Below, piece after piece: positions 25,751 to 40,135 of a stretch of DNA of 64,000 nt; the stretch's first letter is position 1; each line of letters opens with the position of its first letter. The notes beneath the pieces are model-generated. The model was not told the origin of the DNA, ran no database searches, and saw only the letters and a list, made by a program, of their open reading frames with translations. The position numbers were made by a program, and so were the translations under genes. This stretch comes from Tubiluchus corallicola (taxonomy: Eukaryota > Animalia > Priapulida): contig JAQGDQ010000182.1 of assembly GCA_030141605.1 (NCBI GenBank), positions 310,001 through 374,000 of the forward strand. The letters run 5' to 3'.

Positions 25751-28700
25751 AGCAATTATTTAGTGCTACTTTTTAGAAATGTAGTTGTTATTTATAACAA
25801 AGCCACGATGCATTAAAAGCCATCAATACAAAGTAGGTAAAGTTAAAGTAAATTGTATACGCTCAACTGTTACATACATAGACACATCATTCACTGGCTC
25901 ATTCATCTATCATTCATTACTATGATCATTTAACAGATGTATTTCATTCAAAAAAGTTTGTGCTTAGGCCTACATGCACCCTACCTAATTATGAAAACTA
26001 TTCTGCAGCATAAAACCTAGATGATTTTACAGGCTTGAATGTAATCTCAGCTGGATATCCAGGAACTATCGTTACCAACGCTGGGTAAATTACAATGACG
26101 TCATCGACGCTGCATAGTCATAAACAAAACAGGCTTTTTTGCACATGCATCCAAATGTTTTGCAATCCGATAGTCTAACAAAGGCGTGGCAGCAAATTAC
26201 GCTCGGCTTTTATCCCACGCGCTCATGCAGTGCCATTTCCAAATAATACCGCTTAATTATTTCATTATTAATCGCGATTTAATTCTGCATACTAATTATG
26301 TCGTAATTAGCCCGCACAATCATAAGCATTCATGGCAATTGTTAGCAAACTTCGTGGCCGCGTAATTAAGTAGTTATAGCAATATAACAAGTATTGTAAA
26401 CAGTAATTATACTTGATTACGAAAAATATTACAGTTAATCCGTGTATCGGTTCAAGATGACAATTAAATTTATGTTCAGGAGTTACTGAGGGTCTTTAAT
26501 TCTATCAATGACCAAAGTTGAACGACCAAATTTATGATTTGTGTTTACAAACCATTAATTCTGTTGTGTAAAATTGCCATTTTATATTGCTAACACTAAC
26601 AGGCACTAGTGACTGACGTAATAATAATAAACTACATTTCAGTCACAGGGAGGTAGGGACTTCAAAACTTTGCGAGTAACTTTACTGTCACAAAAGTTGC
26701 TTGTTCAACGTCATTTAGTACACAACTCGTTCTGAGCTTTCTGCTAAATCTGTCCAAGTTATGCAACCTAACTAACTTGGGTGCTTTAGGTAAATAGCAT
26801 CAAAACTTAAACTGAGTAAGCGATGACTGTTACATACTCACTGGAGATACTAACTGTGAGTAATGAAAATTTAAACGTAATTTCCAGGTTTACATAACAA
26901 AAATCTGATCATCAAAGCGACATACATGTATCCACGTAAACTTGTATTTAACACTTCTTTCTATATAACTTCACACGCAACCAATGTTTGCTGGAATATA
27001 CGCGGACCTTTTTCTAAAATCAATAGAGGCCTACTCACACTCTAAAAACTCTGAACAGTAAAGCAACAGTTCAGTAGCACGAACGGCGGCAGCTGCAACA
27101 CTCATCAATGAAGGAAAATTTTTGTAACTAATTATAATTCAGTTTTGAACCATATAAACGCTTAAACGGTCCGTGGCGCGTTTTAATCACCATTTCCGGT
27201 TAATCAACCAGCATTTCCGCCTCATCCCAATTAACAAGGATGCCAGGAAACGCATCCTGTTTTGTTAATATACCCAAATCATTAACTACCGTACTGTGTA
27301 CACGTTTTGTTAGGCGTTGTTTTAGATAAACAGGATGGGACTGCATTTTAACTATATATATATGCACTTTAAGCTCACACAAACGCTTACTTTTTAACAC
27401 TAAAAGTGTGTGGGGAAGAGAAGACCCAAGAGATGACTGAGATTTTTTTATCTAAACATCCCAAACAAAGTGAAATCGTCTTACCAACGAAGAAAAATGA
27501 GGAAAGTCTGTGGTTCAATTCCTGGTTCTGTATTTGGAGTTTCCAATTTTTTTCTTGAGGGAAACTTCGTCAAGGCGATAATAAAATTAACAGTTGTTAA
27601 GTAAATGCACTACAGTACAATTTTTAATGTCAAAATGTAATAAAAACTAATTCGTATAAAACTAATTAATATTGTTTCTATAAGAACATAAAAAACCTTG
27701 AGCTTAATTCATATTTTATTAATACCAGTCAGAACGGCTGACGGCTGGGAAAGTAGTTATTAACTTAGCTATAAGTAACTTATATAATATGATACGTACT
27801 ATTGGAGCGCATGGATGTATTTTCTGACAAAGATTTCTAATAAAATATATCATTCAAAGATATTGCTCAGAGTCAGTGTCTCATTTTATCTCTGACAGCC
27901 GTAAAGAAAGGACACGCGTATGTGTGACCCAGAATACATACTAAACATAGATGCGCTACGAGCTTACGGCCTAGCTTTACTAACCGACAAATTTAGGTCA
28001 CTTCCTTAAAATCATTCAAGTTTTTTTTGGATCAAGGAAAAGTGTGGTAAAGGCTCGAATTTTAGGAAAGCTCAGAGTAGAGATGCAACTAGAAAGCGCA
28101 AATCAAATAGTATGTCGACTTGTCGCTTACTACCAGACGGTCAGTTCCTTACTTTCATGCAGTCATTTGCAATTCAGCGATCATTACTTTTTAAATTGCA
28201 TCAGATCGATTCCGCAGAAAAGCAGCCCCGGAGAAAATTAAAGAAAAACTGATGCTGCTGTTTTAAGTGAATTTTTACTCAATGGATTTTTCAACTTACG
28301 GCCACTCAGTTGTCCCAAAAGTTTTACTTTTTATTAATAACTGTTGAACTATGCACCCCAAAGAGCGACGGTGTTGTTTAGCTCAAACCAATTTGCTGCC
28401 GAAATTATTGCTGCATTTTTGCCAACTCAAAATATTTGCCAAGAATAATTGCGTTCTGTTTGTTGTCTAGAGAGTTCTTACTTTTAATCCATGAGCCATG
28501 CTTGTGTGCATTCAAGCGTACAGGCTACTGTAAATTAGGCAAGCATATGCATTCAAGGTCTAACCACTAAACTGGGCAAATTTGTAGCAAAGATCTACAC
28601 GACCAAAAACCAATCATATATCTATGTAATTATTGCGTCCTTGGCTATTAATGCGAGATTATCCAGTTTCAAAACATTTATAAATGCTAATCCAAAGGGG

Positions 28701-31700
28701 GGAGTAAAACCTTGAGTGACTTCTAAAGCCTCATTTGTCAACTTTTCCTAACTGGAGAAAACACTCGACAAACAAAGAAAACGCATTTCACCCGAGAAAA
28801 ATTACAGGGTATTAAGACTTAATGAAAGCAAATCACCGAAGACTAAGGTTAGGAGATAATTAAATTGACAACAACGTGTCTTTAGCTGCGCGAAAAATGA
28901 GACGTCTTATAACTTATAGGTGCTGATCAAATCATTACAAGAAGTAACACGGCAGAGTGCGCCATAGTACAAGCACAATTCACAGTGTCAGAAACCACCA
29001 TAAGAAAGCGAAGGTTCATTTTATGCAGCTCAACTTTTTCAAGTTTGGGAGCCCGAGAGACCTAGAGCTTGACTAGTTTTACCAGAGAAGTCTACTGAAT
29101 GATCAACTACAGTTTCTTCATGTCTTCGTTCTCAAATGAATCCAGGGAGGGCGTTAATTTTATTGGACAAACTACAAAATGACAATAATAAACTAAACAC
29201 GTTTTCAAAAGCTTTTAAACGACACTTGAACTTACAGAACGTTAGGCTAAACAACTTAACTTCAATTTGAATTGGCACAATCTTAAACAACCGATCACCG
29301 TCTAATATAATATGTACTCCAGCTGCTGTAAACAAAGACTTGTAAATAAAATTTAATAAACACACAGTGATCGCAATAAAGGCCAAACAAAACATACGTT
29401 TTAAAACCATGACCTCTTCAACATTACAATAGTACAAAAACAATTAGTACACCATTAGCTTAACTACAAAGCGTCCAAGTTGGCGCAGTGACAGGTGCTT
29501 AATAAAGGCCAATGCCGCCTATCTCTACAATCTAGATAACAATCTGCAAAGAAAAGGGAACCCATTTTGAAAGGCTAATTCAGTAAGAAAATTTAGCAAC
29601 TCTTCCTTCTACAGCCCAAGCCAACAAGAAGTCACACGATATTTGCTTGCCACTCCAAATTTGGCTAATTATACGCGGGTTTTGGTAATTATACACCGGT
29701 TTTTGCTTTATTCGACTAATAACCATCGATTTTGCTCTGCCATCAACGAAGTTACGCATGACGAGCGAAAATAAACGTCCCCAAAACTCGAAAATCCACC
29801 TTTTTTCTAATCTAGCTAGGCGTTTTTATCATTAATACGCGTTGCATCTAGTGCCTGTGACCTCGCTCCCGCCCTGGCAGCCATTTTTACGAAAATGACC
29901 AGAAACCTTGAGAATGTTCAAACACAGGGACCGAATTCTTTACCTGACCCAAAAGGCCCACTATACTTTGTGAAATGTTTCTAAAATGATCGTAGACTAA
30001 CCTAGGCTAGTGCAAGTGCAAGTATAATAAAACAAAAAAAACATTAAAATTCATCCGCGCCGTGTCACATAAAGTTCCTCTGCAAACAATATAGTTATGG
30101 TAATACACAGATCAATATGCCTGGATAAATGTTAACGCTTTGGCAACAAAGTGAACAAGAAGGCGCGAAAAAATAGCCTGTGTACGCAGTGAATATTTAA
30201 CTGTTTGTAGTATGTTAGTGTTACACTGCGGAAGCAGCAGAATAGTTGTACTGATGGTTTCTGGGCGTATCAATTTCAACCAACCCTTTTTTATAACACA
30301 ATTGTTGGCCTATTTTTACTCATTTAGCTTAGCTAAAACCGTAGTACCTAAAACGTGCGAAAATTTATGGCACCATGACAAATAGCTCTTTCTCCTAAGT
30401 TAAGCATGTTAAATAGTGAAGCCTTAATCTACTCACCGAAAATGAATCTTTCCAATTAGTTTTTTTTTCAATGCCGGTTAAGCCAATTTGACCAAAGGCC
30501 TTTTAACTGCAGCAACACCACTTTTTCCAGTTACAATCACATACACAATTGACTGGGTCTTCATCTTCTTGGGTGGAACCCAAAATCGCGGGGTTTGTCA
30601 AGACTAACATAGAAACTATAAAAACGATTAATCTGTTGCAAATATTTGTCTAATTTTTTGCTCGGAGTAATAATTACTGTTTTGTTTATTTAGCTATCGC
30701 AATGACTATAAAAGCTTTATTCACCTTACAAGAACACACCAAATGATATTTGGTTTGACGCGATTCCCCATTTTATTTATAATGGGTACATATGCAACTT
30801 CACAAGCTTTGCACAGCAAATACTGATATACAGCAACAGTAAAATTTATGATTTTAAAATTATGATTCCTATCTATATTGTCTGTCCTGTCCTTAAGCAA
30901 AATGGATAAAAGGGTTCTCACAAATACTTATCCGGTCTTGGGCTCGAGTCCCAGTGGAGGTGCATAAAATTTTCAGACTTCGTTTTCGCACATTTATATG
31001 ATTATTTTTCAATGTTTTTTACCTTTTCCTTACAGAGACACCAGGGATTTGTGGAAGCAATGCCAATCACTAAGCTACACTCTTTACAGACTGAAAATGA
31101 GAAGAGACAGTGACAAATTCAAACTTCAAACACTTCGTTGTTTATTGAAATGTTAATTCAATCAATATGTCAAGAGCGCAAGGATGTATTCCCAACGTCA
31201 CAGTTTCCTCTTCTAATGTCTAAAAGCAATGGATTAAGTACATAAAAACAGATTCTAACAACCTAAGCGTGGTGCCTGCTATATAGTTAACCCCATAAGC
31301 CTAAAAGCAAAAGTGTTAACTGCTCCCCTGCACGTAACCATTACGCAATGTAATTAGTACATTGCACGAAACCCTCCCTCTCGTTTACCTGTTTCAGTTG
31401 TGCTAAACAATATAAATGAAAGTACAAAGGTCACATGTAATAAAATCTTAGGACAACACTCTTGAAACGCACACCTTGCTTAATTGCTTGCTGAACAAAC
31501 TAACAGAGTTTACAGCAAGAAAAATTAGTTCATAAGGAATGGGAAGACAGAATGTACATGTTTATAACTATTATGAAGTGATTACACGTTCCGTTAATTG
31601 TGAATAGACTGGATAAAATCTAATTAATAAAACATCAAGTTCAAAAGCTATAGGTCACAAAGCTAAACGTTGAAGTAGAATTATTTTCTTCTGCGCATAT

Positions 31701-33114
31701 TGATTAAGCGTACATTTCCCACATGTGACATCAGTACCAAAACGATTAGAATGCTGTGAAGCTACTTCGATTTTTAATATTAGCTTACCTACATGCCTTA
31801 GCCACTTGACTTTAAAAAGTAACGTCTAATTCAATAAATATAATTCGATCATTGCAGGTATATTTTTCTTTTCATATATATACAAAAATCCTATTTGAAA
31901 CGAATTTCAACTAATGCGATAGATAAAATAACTCTAGTCTCTGCCCAGTACCACTCCAGCACCGAAAACTGCGAAAAGATGCCAATTTTCGCGATCATTA
32001 AAATACGGGTAAGTTAAAAATTCCCGAAAGTGCTAACCACTGTACCAATTCGTGAAAATCAACCTCCGAGCACTCCAACGCTCGCAAAAGATATGAAAGG
32101 CAAAACTTAGAATTGCCAGGCACCCAGGTTAAACGAGAGAAATCCGCAAGAGATGTCCGAATCAGATCATGAATCACGCACAGATGTACACTGCTTGCAC
32201 AACTAACTTTTGACCAATCGTTGTCCAGAGTTTATATAACTAAGCCTAAATACTAGGATGGAACACAAAATTAATTGGAATACACTCTATACTATACTCA
32301 AATCTACAAGAAGGAAACTATATGCTTTAACATCCTGTGGAGTTTTAACATCCTAATTAAACAGAACAGCATATATGCAGATGCATCGTGATACTGTATA
32401 TCTTGATGACTCTTCATACCAAGTCCAAGTATTAGTCATTATGTAACGACTCAACACTTAATTAAATGAGTCACGTGACAAATTTTGCGAGACATTGTAA
32501 TCTTATTAAACGCCCACTAATTCCAAAAACAAATTAATTTAGTTTTAAATAAGCAAATTAACGCAACAAGCAGTATTTTATGAAAAGGGAAAAAGTATTA
32601 ATTAGAGTACATGAGAAGAGTAATTTAGGTAATTTCAATCGTTTTTACAAGCATCTGCTATTATAACAAATGGTTTAGGTTATTTCAATGTTAAACTAAT
32701 CGTATACTAATTAAAACGAAAAGATAGATATAGGTATTGAACCAGGCACATGCAGAAAGAGAGAAATAAAATAGGATCAATTTCGAGTCGAATATCCAAG
32801 AATACCGCTCACTCGTCTATGTGAACAGCACTCAGACATCTTGGTTAGACATGGCAGACATATAGTCGGCACATACTAGATTTGCCAAATGTTAATCGAG
32901 TAAAGTATAGGTAAAATAAATTTGAATGACTACATTTTGTTAATCAATGTAAATCAATAGACCTATGCGCCTGCACACAGTGACAAATCACAATAAGCAT
33001 AACACGTTATAATTCAGAAAGCACGGAGATTTTTCTGAAAAAAATAAAACATATTTTTGCTTAAAAATAACCTCACGGAAAAGTTAACGTGAGGACGATA
33101 AGCAAAACACTCAC

Positions 33115-33700
33115 CTATAACATTTACCCGTATAAGAACCAACGAGAAGCGAATAACACTTTTTAACACTTTAGTCCGAAGAAATCACACTGCTAGAGAC
33201 AGTAATGCACAAGTGCAGTTCAAGATGTGGCTTCCAGCGCCAGCAGACGACAAGTGCTCATGTGCTAATATATGAAGCCCGTATTGACAATCCCTCCGGC
33301 ATATAGACAGTAATGAGTTAGAATGTGTGTACTGATAATGCAACGTCTTAACATGGCGCGTCACGCCACTATCAACTGTCTCCGCAGCATCCGAGGAGGT
33401 AACAGTCACTCGTAACACAAAAGAGGGTGGGAAACTACCTGTGCAGGTACCTGATTACAATGCTGATTAAAACAGACCTCAGCAGCAACATAATCCCACT
33501 GTCAACAGCTCAGTAGACAAAAGCCGAGACCAATCCCAGTCCATTCAAACACACACACACCAACTACCTTTCAGAGAGCACTAGGCTAGTTTAATTGAGT
33601 CGCCTTAGATGACCTCTAGTGGCGAGAACAAAAGACTGCCCGCTCGACTGCACCGTGGAGTTCTATCCTTGCATAATTTGTTTCCAGTGTGTGTGTGTTG
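33115..33700 (-). promoter_or_regulatory. Candidate distal non-coding first exon/promoter of ZFHX
   Basis: Consensus donor TAG|gtgagt at 33115/33114 closes a GC/CpG-richer segment. A CTCF-like motif lies at ~33611-33625. The 5' boundary is a guess. Confidence 0.35.
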
Positions 33701-36700
33701 TGCTGTGTGAATGCTTCTCGTATCGTGTGAATGTAACAGCATCTCCCTGCATCACCACAACGTTACAACAGAGAAATTAGGTGAAATGCCGAGACACTCC
33801 ATTCATACCCTTACACACAGCACCCACCGAGTACCATAGCAGCAGAGGTACGCAGCCTATCGAGAAGCAAATCAGCAGGGTGAAAACGAAAATGCAGCTG
33901 TGATTTTTTAGTTTTTTGTCAGCAGACCTCCCCCAGCGCTGAGAATATCATTGACCTCTAGCAGAGACTATGGAAATCATGCTGGCCTATACTTGATATC
34001 TTCCATTACAAAATTTTGCGCTGCCATTTTATAGGAGACGCGAGGGACTACAAGAAATCGCAAAATTAGAATATTTAGGTAATTATTCTTTCTCCAGAGT
34101 ACACGGCTCCATAAAATGCTAAAATGCTGACTGCTTTCCCACCCTATTGTGAAAACTGATTTGTTTTGCCGATGAAATTGGAAAAACCAATGAAATTCGA
34201 TGAAAACAATTATGAAGGAAAAAAACGCAAATTACTTAATTAGAACAATTTTTACAAAGACTTTTTGCCAAAGCACTAGTCACAAACTCTAACTCATACT
34301 AGCTACCGCAAATTTCGAACCCCTAAGTTTTTCATAAATTTTTAACAATAGAATAAAAGTAAATAGGAAAAATGAACTAACCACATTGTACACAAGTTTC
34401 CAGATTTTTTCACAGTCGAACGATAGTAATCAAAAACAACGTGAAATTTTCAACCCAATGAGTTTCTCCATGCTGTCCACTCATTCTTTAACATTTACCT
34501 TGCTGAGACGAACAACAGAGTTGTAATGGCGTGGTAATAAGTGGTATTGCCGCAATATTTGAGCAGTTCCGAATCTGATTAGTAAATGGGTGGCTGCTTG
34601 TGGGTGGTTTCGTCTGCCATATTGTATCTGGGAGGGTGTTTTTAATTCTCTTACTTGTAAAAGACGACTGTCGTCGAATGTGGATAGACGCGCCACCAGG
34701 AATTTGTAGCAGACCAGATCGTGAGTGCTGAATTGCAGTGCGAATAGAAAATAATTTGAAATTAATGAGAAAATTTTGTAGTGTAGGTCTTGTAGAAAAA
34801 ATATTAACATTTTTCGAGTAAGTCTAAAAAAGAAAGAAATTGCTAAATTATATGTGCTAAATTGGCTCGAGCATCCTTCCAAGCTTTGTCCACAATTATT
34901 TCAATTGTTGTTATGAGATGGGATATTATTTTTTAGGTGTTAAAGACTTTTTTCCATGGTGCGCGATCTATAATTGTTCTGACCGATTCAAAAGGCAACG
35001 TTACCCGAACCTGATCAGCTCCCTGAATCTCTTGAACAGTGGAACATAACCACCTATTATCTTTACTAAATGTTCAGTGAGTCTGCATGATGCAATCAAC
35101 AATATCTCATATGTTTACGGACGACCTTGTGGTAAAAGCACCAATATTTAAATTACAACGACTCAACAAAAGTAGATTATAATTAATTAAAAATTCGCTC
35201 AGATATCATTGCAAAGTATGGCTAGAAGCGGTAGCTATAAATTTGGCTAAACTAAACTAGAATAATATAATAATGTATAAACAGCCCACTCTGGGATTCT
35301 ACACTTGTCTCATAATTTTAGTTTCTGTTTCCCCTCTTCCGATTCTCGACTAAAAGCGGTCTACAATACGCGTAATTTTGACATCTGGGTTAACTATGAA
35401 AGCTTGACCTACAGCTCGACCACCCTTTGCACCTCGGGCAGTGACAGGCATTCTGAAATTAGGAAAAAATCCTGTCCAGACAAACTACGCCACAGGTAAT
35501 GCTACAGGGAATGGAAACTAAAATGTTATTAAACCTCGAGTCACTGGCACAGATTTACATCCAATTACCGTCTATTAAAAGAATTTGCAGTAAGTTAAAT
35601 ACCTTTTGAGTAGATTCTCTAAAGCGCTACTGGGTTTCACCTCGGAACATACCGACACAAAAAAACACAGGCTTTCCCAAGTCACCGCCGTTAGAAATGA
35701 ACATCGCTAAATAACCACCACCTACGTCGGTTTCACCACATAATTAAACCAGCATTATAAGTAATGACTCAATGACTATTATCAACCGCGCTAGCACTGA
35801 AGGAAGCTAAATCATGTAAATTTGAAGAAAAATTTCCTTGACAAGACGGCAGTTAGAGATGGTACAACGGCCTGGCATAATCGCGAGCCTAATAAAGCCC
35901 TAGCCTGGTGACTACTGTGTGCGCTGTGCAACAAGCGCACATGTGTGTAATTATAGCCAACTTAATGACTTTCCCACAGTGCTGCATGCTACTGCTGCTG
36001 CTGTGTAATGGTTATACATGCTCTGTACTCAGGGAGATTAATAACATCAACTCAGAGAGAAAACATCTTGAAACAAATGATCAAGAAACTACAGCTGATG
36101 ACGCAGACATTAACACCAACTACAGAAATTAAAATTCAAAACGGTATCAAGTTCGCATCGTAGCGTATACTAGATGCAGTTTTTGCGTAGGTATACATAA
36201 TTATGTTACATTTTCAAACTTCCATTTCACAATTATTTATAGTGTTTCAGGTACTGGTAACACCATCTAAAGCAGACTGTGTATTAAGATAATGTCGACA
36301 GCCCAGTAAACTTTTGTAATTTCGGCTAGAAACTTCTTACAGTTTCAGTACAAAGACAGTTAAAGAATGGAGTGAAGACGTACTGGAAAACAGTCATCTC
36401 ACTTTTAATCGAATAGAAAAGCAAAATTATCAGTCCCGTTCTGCATGAGCAGTGCATGGATTTGCCTTGGCATAATGGTCCTGTTAAAAGCCTAAAATAT
36501 TGCTGGATAACAATCAACTAATCTGTTTACAAAAGACAAAGCTAATCTTCTTTAAATACTTAGCAAGTAAAAACAAAGCGTAATGCAACCCCGAGGAAGT
36601 TTTAGCAAACAAAGAAAAAGAAGCAATTTCAAGACTGTTGGGAAATTCGCTCACTTCATCGAACAGCCGGGAAGTCCTCTGACCCGCACGCCAGTTGTCA

Positions 36701-39700
36701 AATGCAATACTCAAGTCCAGTGGTCACCCGAGGTAGCAGGAGAAAGCGTTCTACAAACGAAGTCAAAAACGCAGAACATGGACGTGTGCAAAAACAAATG
36801 AAAAACAAAACTGAAATAACAAACGCCGAAAAAACCCTGCAAGTTAGTAACTGAAGACTTCAATTACTACAACAAAAACCTTCTTTAATCGTTTAAGGTG
36901 TCAAGACTAGGAGAAAGTTGAAAGTTGAAAGTTACTTTTACTGGACTACAGCCCGCAATTAAGTGCATGGAGTAATGAGAAATAAAGAGAGCGATTTATA
37001 TCTCACTTGTCAGGGGTAAATTTGTGAGTATAATTTGCGTCTCGATACACCGGATGTGCCTAATTACACCCGTAAGCGCCGTAACTTGCCGCGTAGAAAA
37101 ATAACACAATGAGATGTTGGCAAAGGAAATTATGGCATTCAAACGTCTGTTGCTGGGACGTCCGCCGGGAAGAATCAAACAAAAATCTACTTGTATTTGT
37201 AATAACCGTCGGAATGAGTGAATTAATTAAAAGAGCAGGTAACTGCGGGGGTACAGATGGTAGATGGAGTTTCGTGACTGCAGTGGAGTATGTTTGCAAG
37301 AGTTCGTGTCCACATCCATACCTCTCTAAAACTGCTATTTGGTTCCACAACTTCTCAAGCCATGTTCCTTCAAGAAGGACAATGTCCAATGCAAAAAGAC
37401 CAATAGAAAGCCACGTGAGGAAACAGTAAAATGGCTGAGCAATTGACAGACACTGACTGAAGAACCAAGAGACAAATGGGTCGAATGCAGTATGATTAAC
37501 TGACAGGCAAAACGTTGACAAAAGCCACTCAAAGCACAATTCGAAAACTTTATTGCATTTTTGCCAAGTTTCAGCCAATGTTTTAAAATTGAAATTTTTA
37601 CGGTAAACAGCTCATGCAAAGAAAGGTTGAAAAATTCTCCCAAAACCCTATTACCACGAGAATTCACAATCTGGGTTCTTTACGAAAATGTTGCAAGTGA
37701 ATTATGCGCTATTACAAAGCACATGCCGAAAAGTATAAAGTTTCATTCGGTTTCGATCAATGTTTGAAAAAACATGCCACATATAACGTTGATTATCGAA
37801 TTTCTGACCAACAAAAATTGAATCATTTGTTTGTATTTGCATAAATCTGCAAGTTTTCCACAATGTTAAACTACTGTTCAGATGCACTTTCACTGATAAC
37901 TTAACAAGGCTGGACCCGCAATTACTCGCCCTATTATAAATAACATAAAATATTATCTGGAAATTACAAATAGATTAGCGCATCATTATGGACAACAATT
38001 ACTTCTCGGGATTATTGTTATTATTACTATTGTAAATTCTACACTGAAGGCTAAGTAATTATGGCCTAGTTGCATCCCGCTGATTGTATCCAACAGCTGA
38101 TAAGATTGTAGAGGTGCTGAGATTCTTGTACAACAGATTCCCATTGCGTCAACAATCAATGTAAACAATAACAGTAAACAATACATGCACCTGATACGCA
38201 GCCTAATCCGGCCATTTCACTTTCGCTGTCATAATCCCTCCCCCTGCCATACAACACGTAAGCTTATCCACTGTCTATACACAGACAGGGATTAGACATC
38301 CTATAGAAAACCTGTTAGGCGAAATCGCGCTCGGTTAATTGTCAGTAATTTGCCAGTAATTAGTACTGATGTGGGTCAAGGCTGAAGCAGTTAAGTGTTG
38401 CTCATTCACTGGGGGTGACCAAACAAAACCGACAGGACGTGATACGAGTGATGGACGCATAATATCCCGTGGTGCCAAGTTGAAAGAAAAGCGCGCACAG
38501 GATGATGGGATACTTATTCAAGGCATGCAGAGACTGTAGCAGTTATGCAGGGAAAACACTGGCCAATGCTGCAAGGCATTCATATAATCATGGCTGAAAA
38601 TTAGTCAGGGCAAGTTAAGCGTGGGAAACACTAGATTCAAATCAGAAAATCCTCTTTGAATAAAAGCCTATAGATGTGTCACGTAAATTAATAAAAAACA
38701 ATCTATGAAAATATTTTTTTCTAAGTTTTGCTTGCACTTAACGTCACAGATGGCTCCCAATCTTGTGCCGTAGCCAATGTTTTATTCCATTACTTTTAGT
38801 AAAGATTATTCAGTAACATTCACGCATATAAGGCTTATCAGACTGCTTAAATTCGAACAAGATACACAGTTGAATCAAAATTTCAAAATGAGCAGTATTA
38901 AAACATGTAGGACTAGTTCCTAGGTCTAGGTTTTAGGAAATATTAACTGAAATGTGATGAAATAGCATTTGTAGAATAGTTAATCGAATAGGCTTTTTTT
39001 CTTAACCACAGCAAAAACAGACGATAGTGAGAGTGTGTCATAGTTTTATGGCCACATGATAGTGAGCATGGGAATTAAGATACTAGCGCCTCGTTGTTAG
39101 TGTAGACTAAATAATCCAAACTGTCGCTGATACGTGACAACGACTGTCGTAACGTACTTCACAATTATATTTGGCTACAATGTATCAGTAATATGTGTGC
39201 AATTCAAGTGGTATAAACCGTATAAACTATTTTAACTGAGCGCTTCTAAAGTGAATTCAACAGTAGCCTAGTCACAGAAAACAATTTTATCACCACAACT
39301 ATTAGTTTTAACGATTATAAATTGAATTAACAATTCTTGCTTTTTCTACTGAAATTAATTTAACAAAACAGTCAGATTACTAAAAAAAGGAAAAACTGCT
39401 GTAATAGCAATTGTGCAGCGTGCGCGCTTACAGATCTGCCGAGACAGCCAGCCAGCAATTTACATAAACTCTCTCTCTCTGTCTCTTCGCCAATCGTTTC
39501 TACAATTCAAAAATCTTATCCCAATCAAGAAATTCGCGTCGTCATGGCAACCGCCTGTGGCAGCTTCCCATATTAACAAAATCTCCTGTGACCTCCCCGC
39601 AACTATTGACCTTCCCCGTCTTGGCGCAATTATTACTTACAGTAATTTCCAAGAGCACATTAATAACCAGGCAGGGCCCAAGCTGATTTGCTATATATCA

Positions 39701-40135
39701 TCAATATGATTACCTATCATCTCTGATAAGGACGACAGGACGGCCATTGCGCTCATAATTAACGCTGGGCTGCGCAGAGCGCCAAATTGCGTTTAGGAAG
39801 CTTGTGAATAAACACAGGAGCAGAGGAACTCTGGATGCGGCTGCAATTACTGCAGTCAGTGCATACTCACTACACTGTTTAAATTATCTTCCCTCAATTG
39901 TGCTTATTATTTACATTGGCTAATGCAAGCCACGGATAATAATATGCAATTTGGGCCAAGTCCTGGCAGGCTGCAGGGGCGCCGCGATGCGGTCGCATGG
40001 TTGCGCACAGCAGGGATTCATTTTTTTCTTCTGTTTGTTTTTAATACGACACCCTGTTGCTCATAATATTATCGCACATTTTTCTGAAGTTCCAGCAGCC
40101 ATCTTGGCTGCTTAATCATTAGTACTGGAGTCTAT

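Noticed and set aside
30930-30965. tRNA T-arm/B-box-like gggctcgagtcccagtggagg (similar relics at ~4730-4760 and ~4840-4860)
   Set aside because: No cloverleaf or 5' half. At most decayed SINE fragments, not tRNA genes.
36996-37893. Cluster of ORFs including a 172-aa minus-strand ORF
   Set aside because: Non-ATG starts for the longest ORFs, no domain motifs and no consistent splice structure. It may be regulatory or lncRNA sequence, but a CDS is unsupported.
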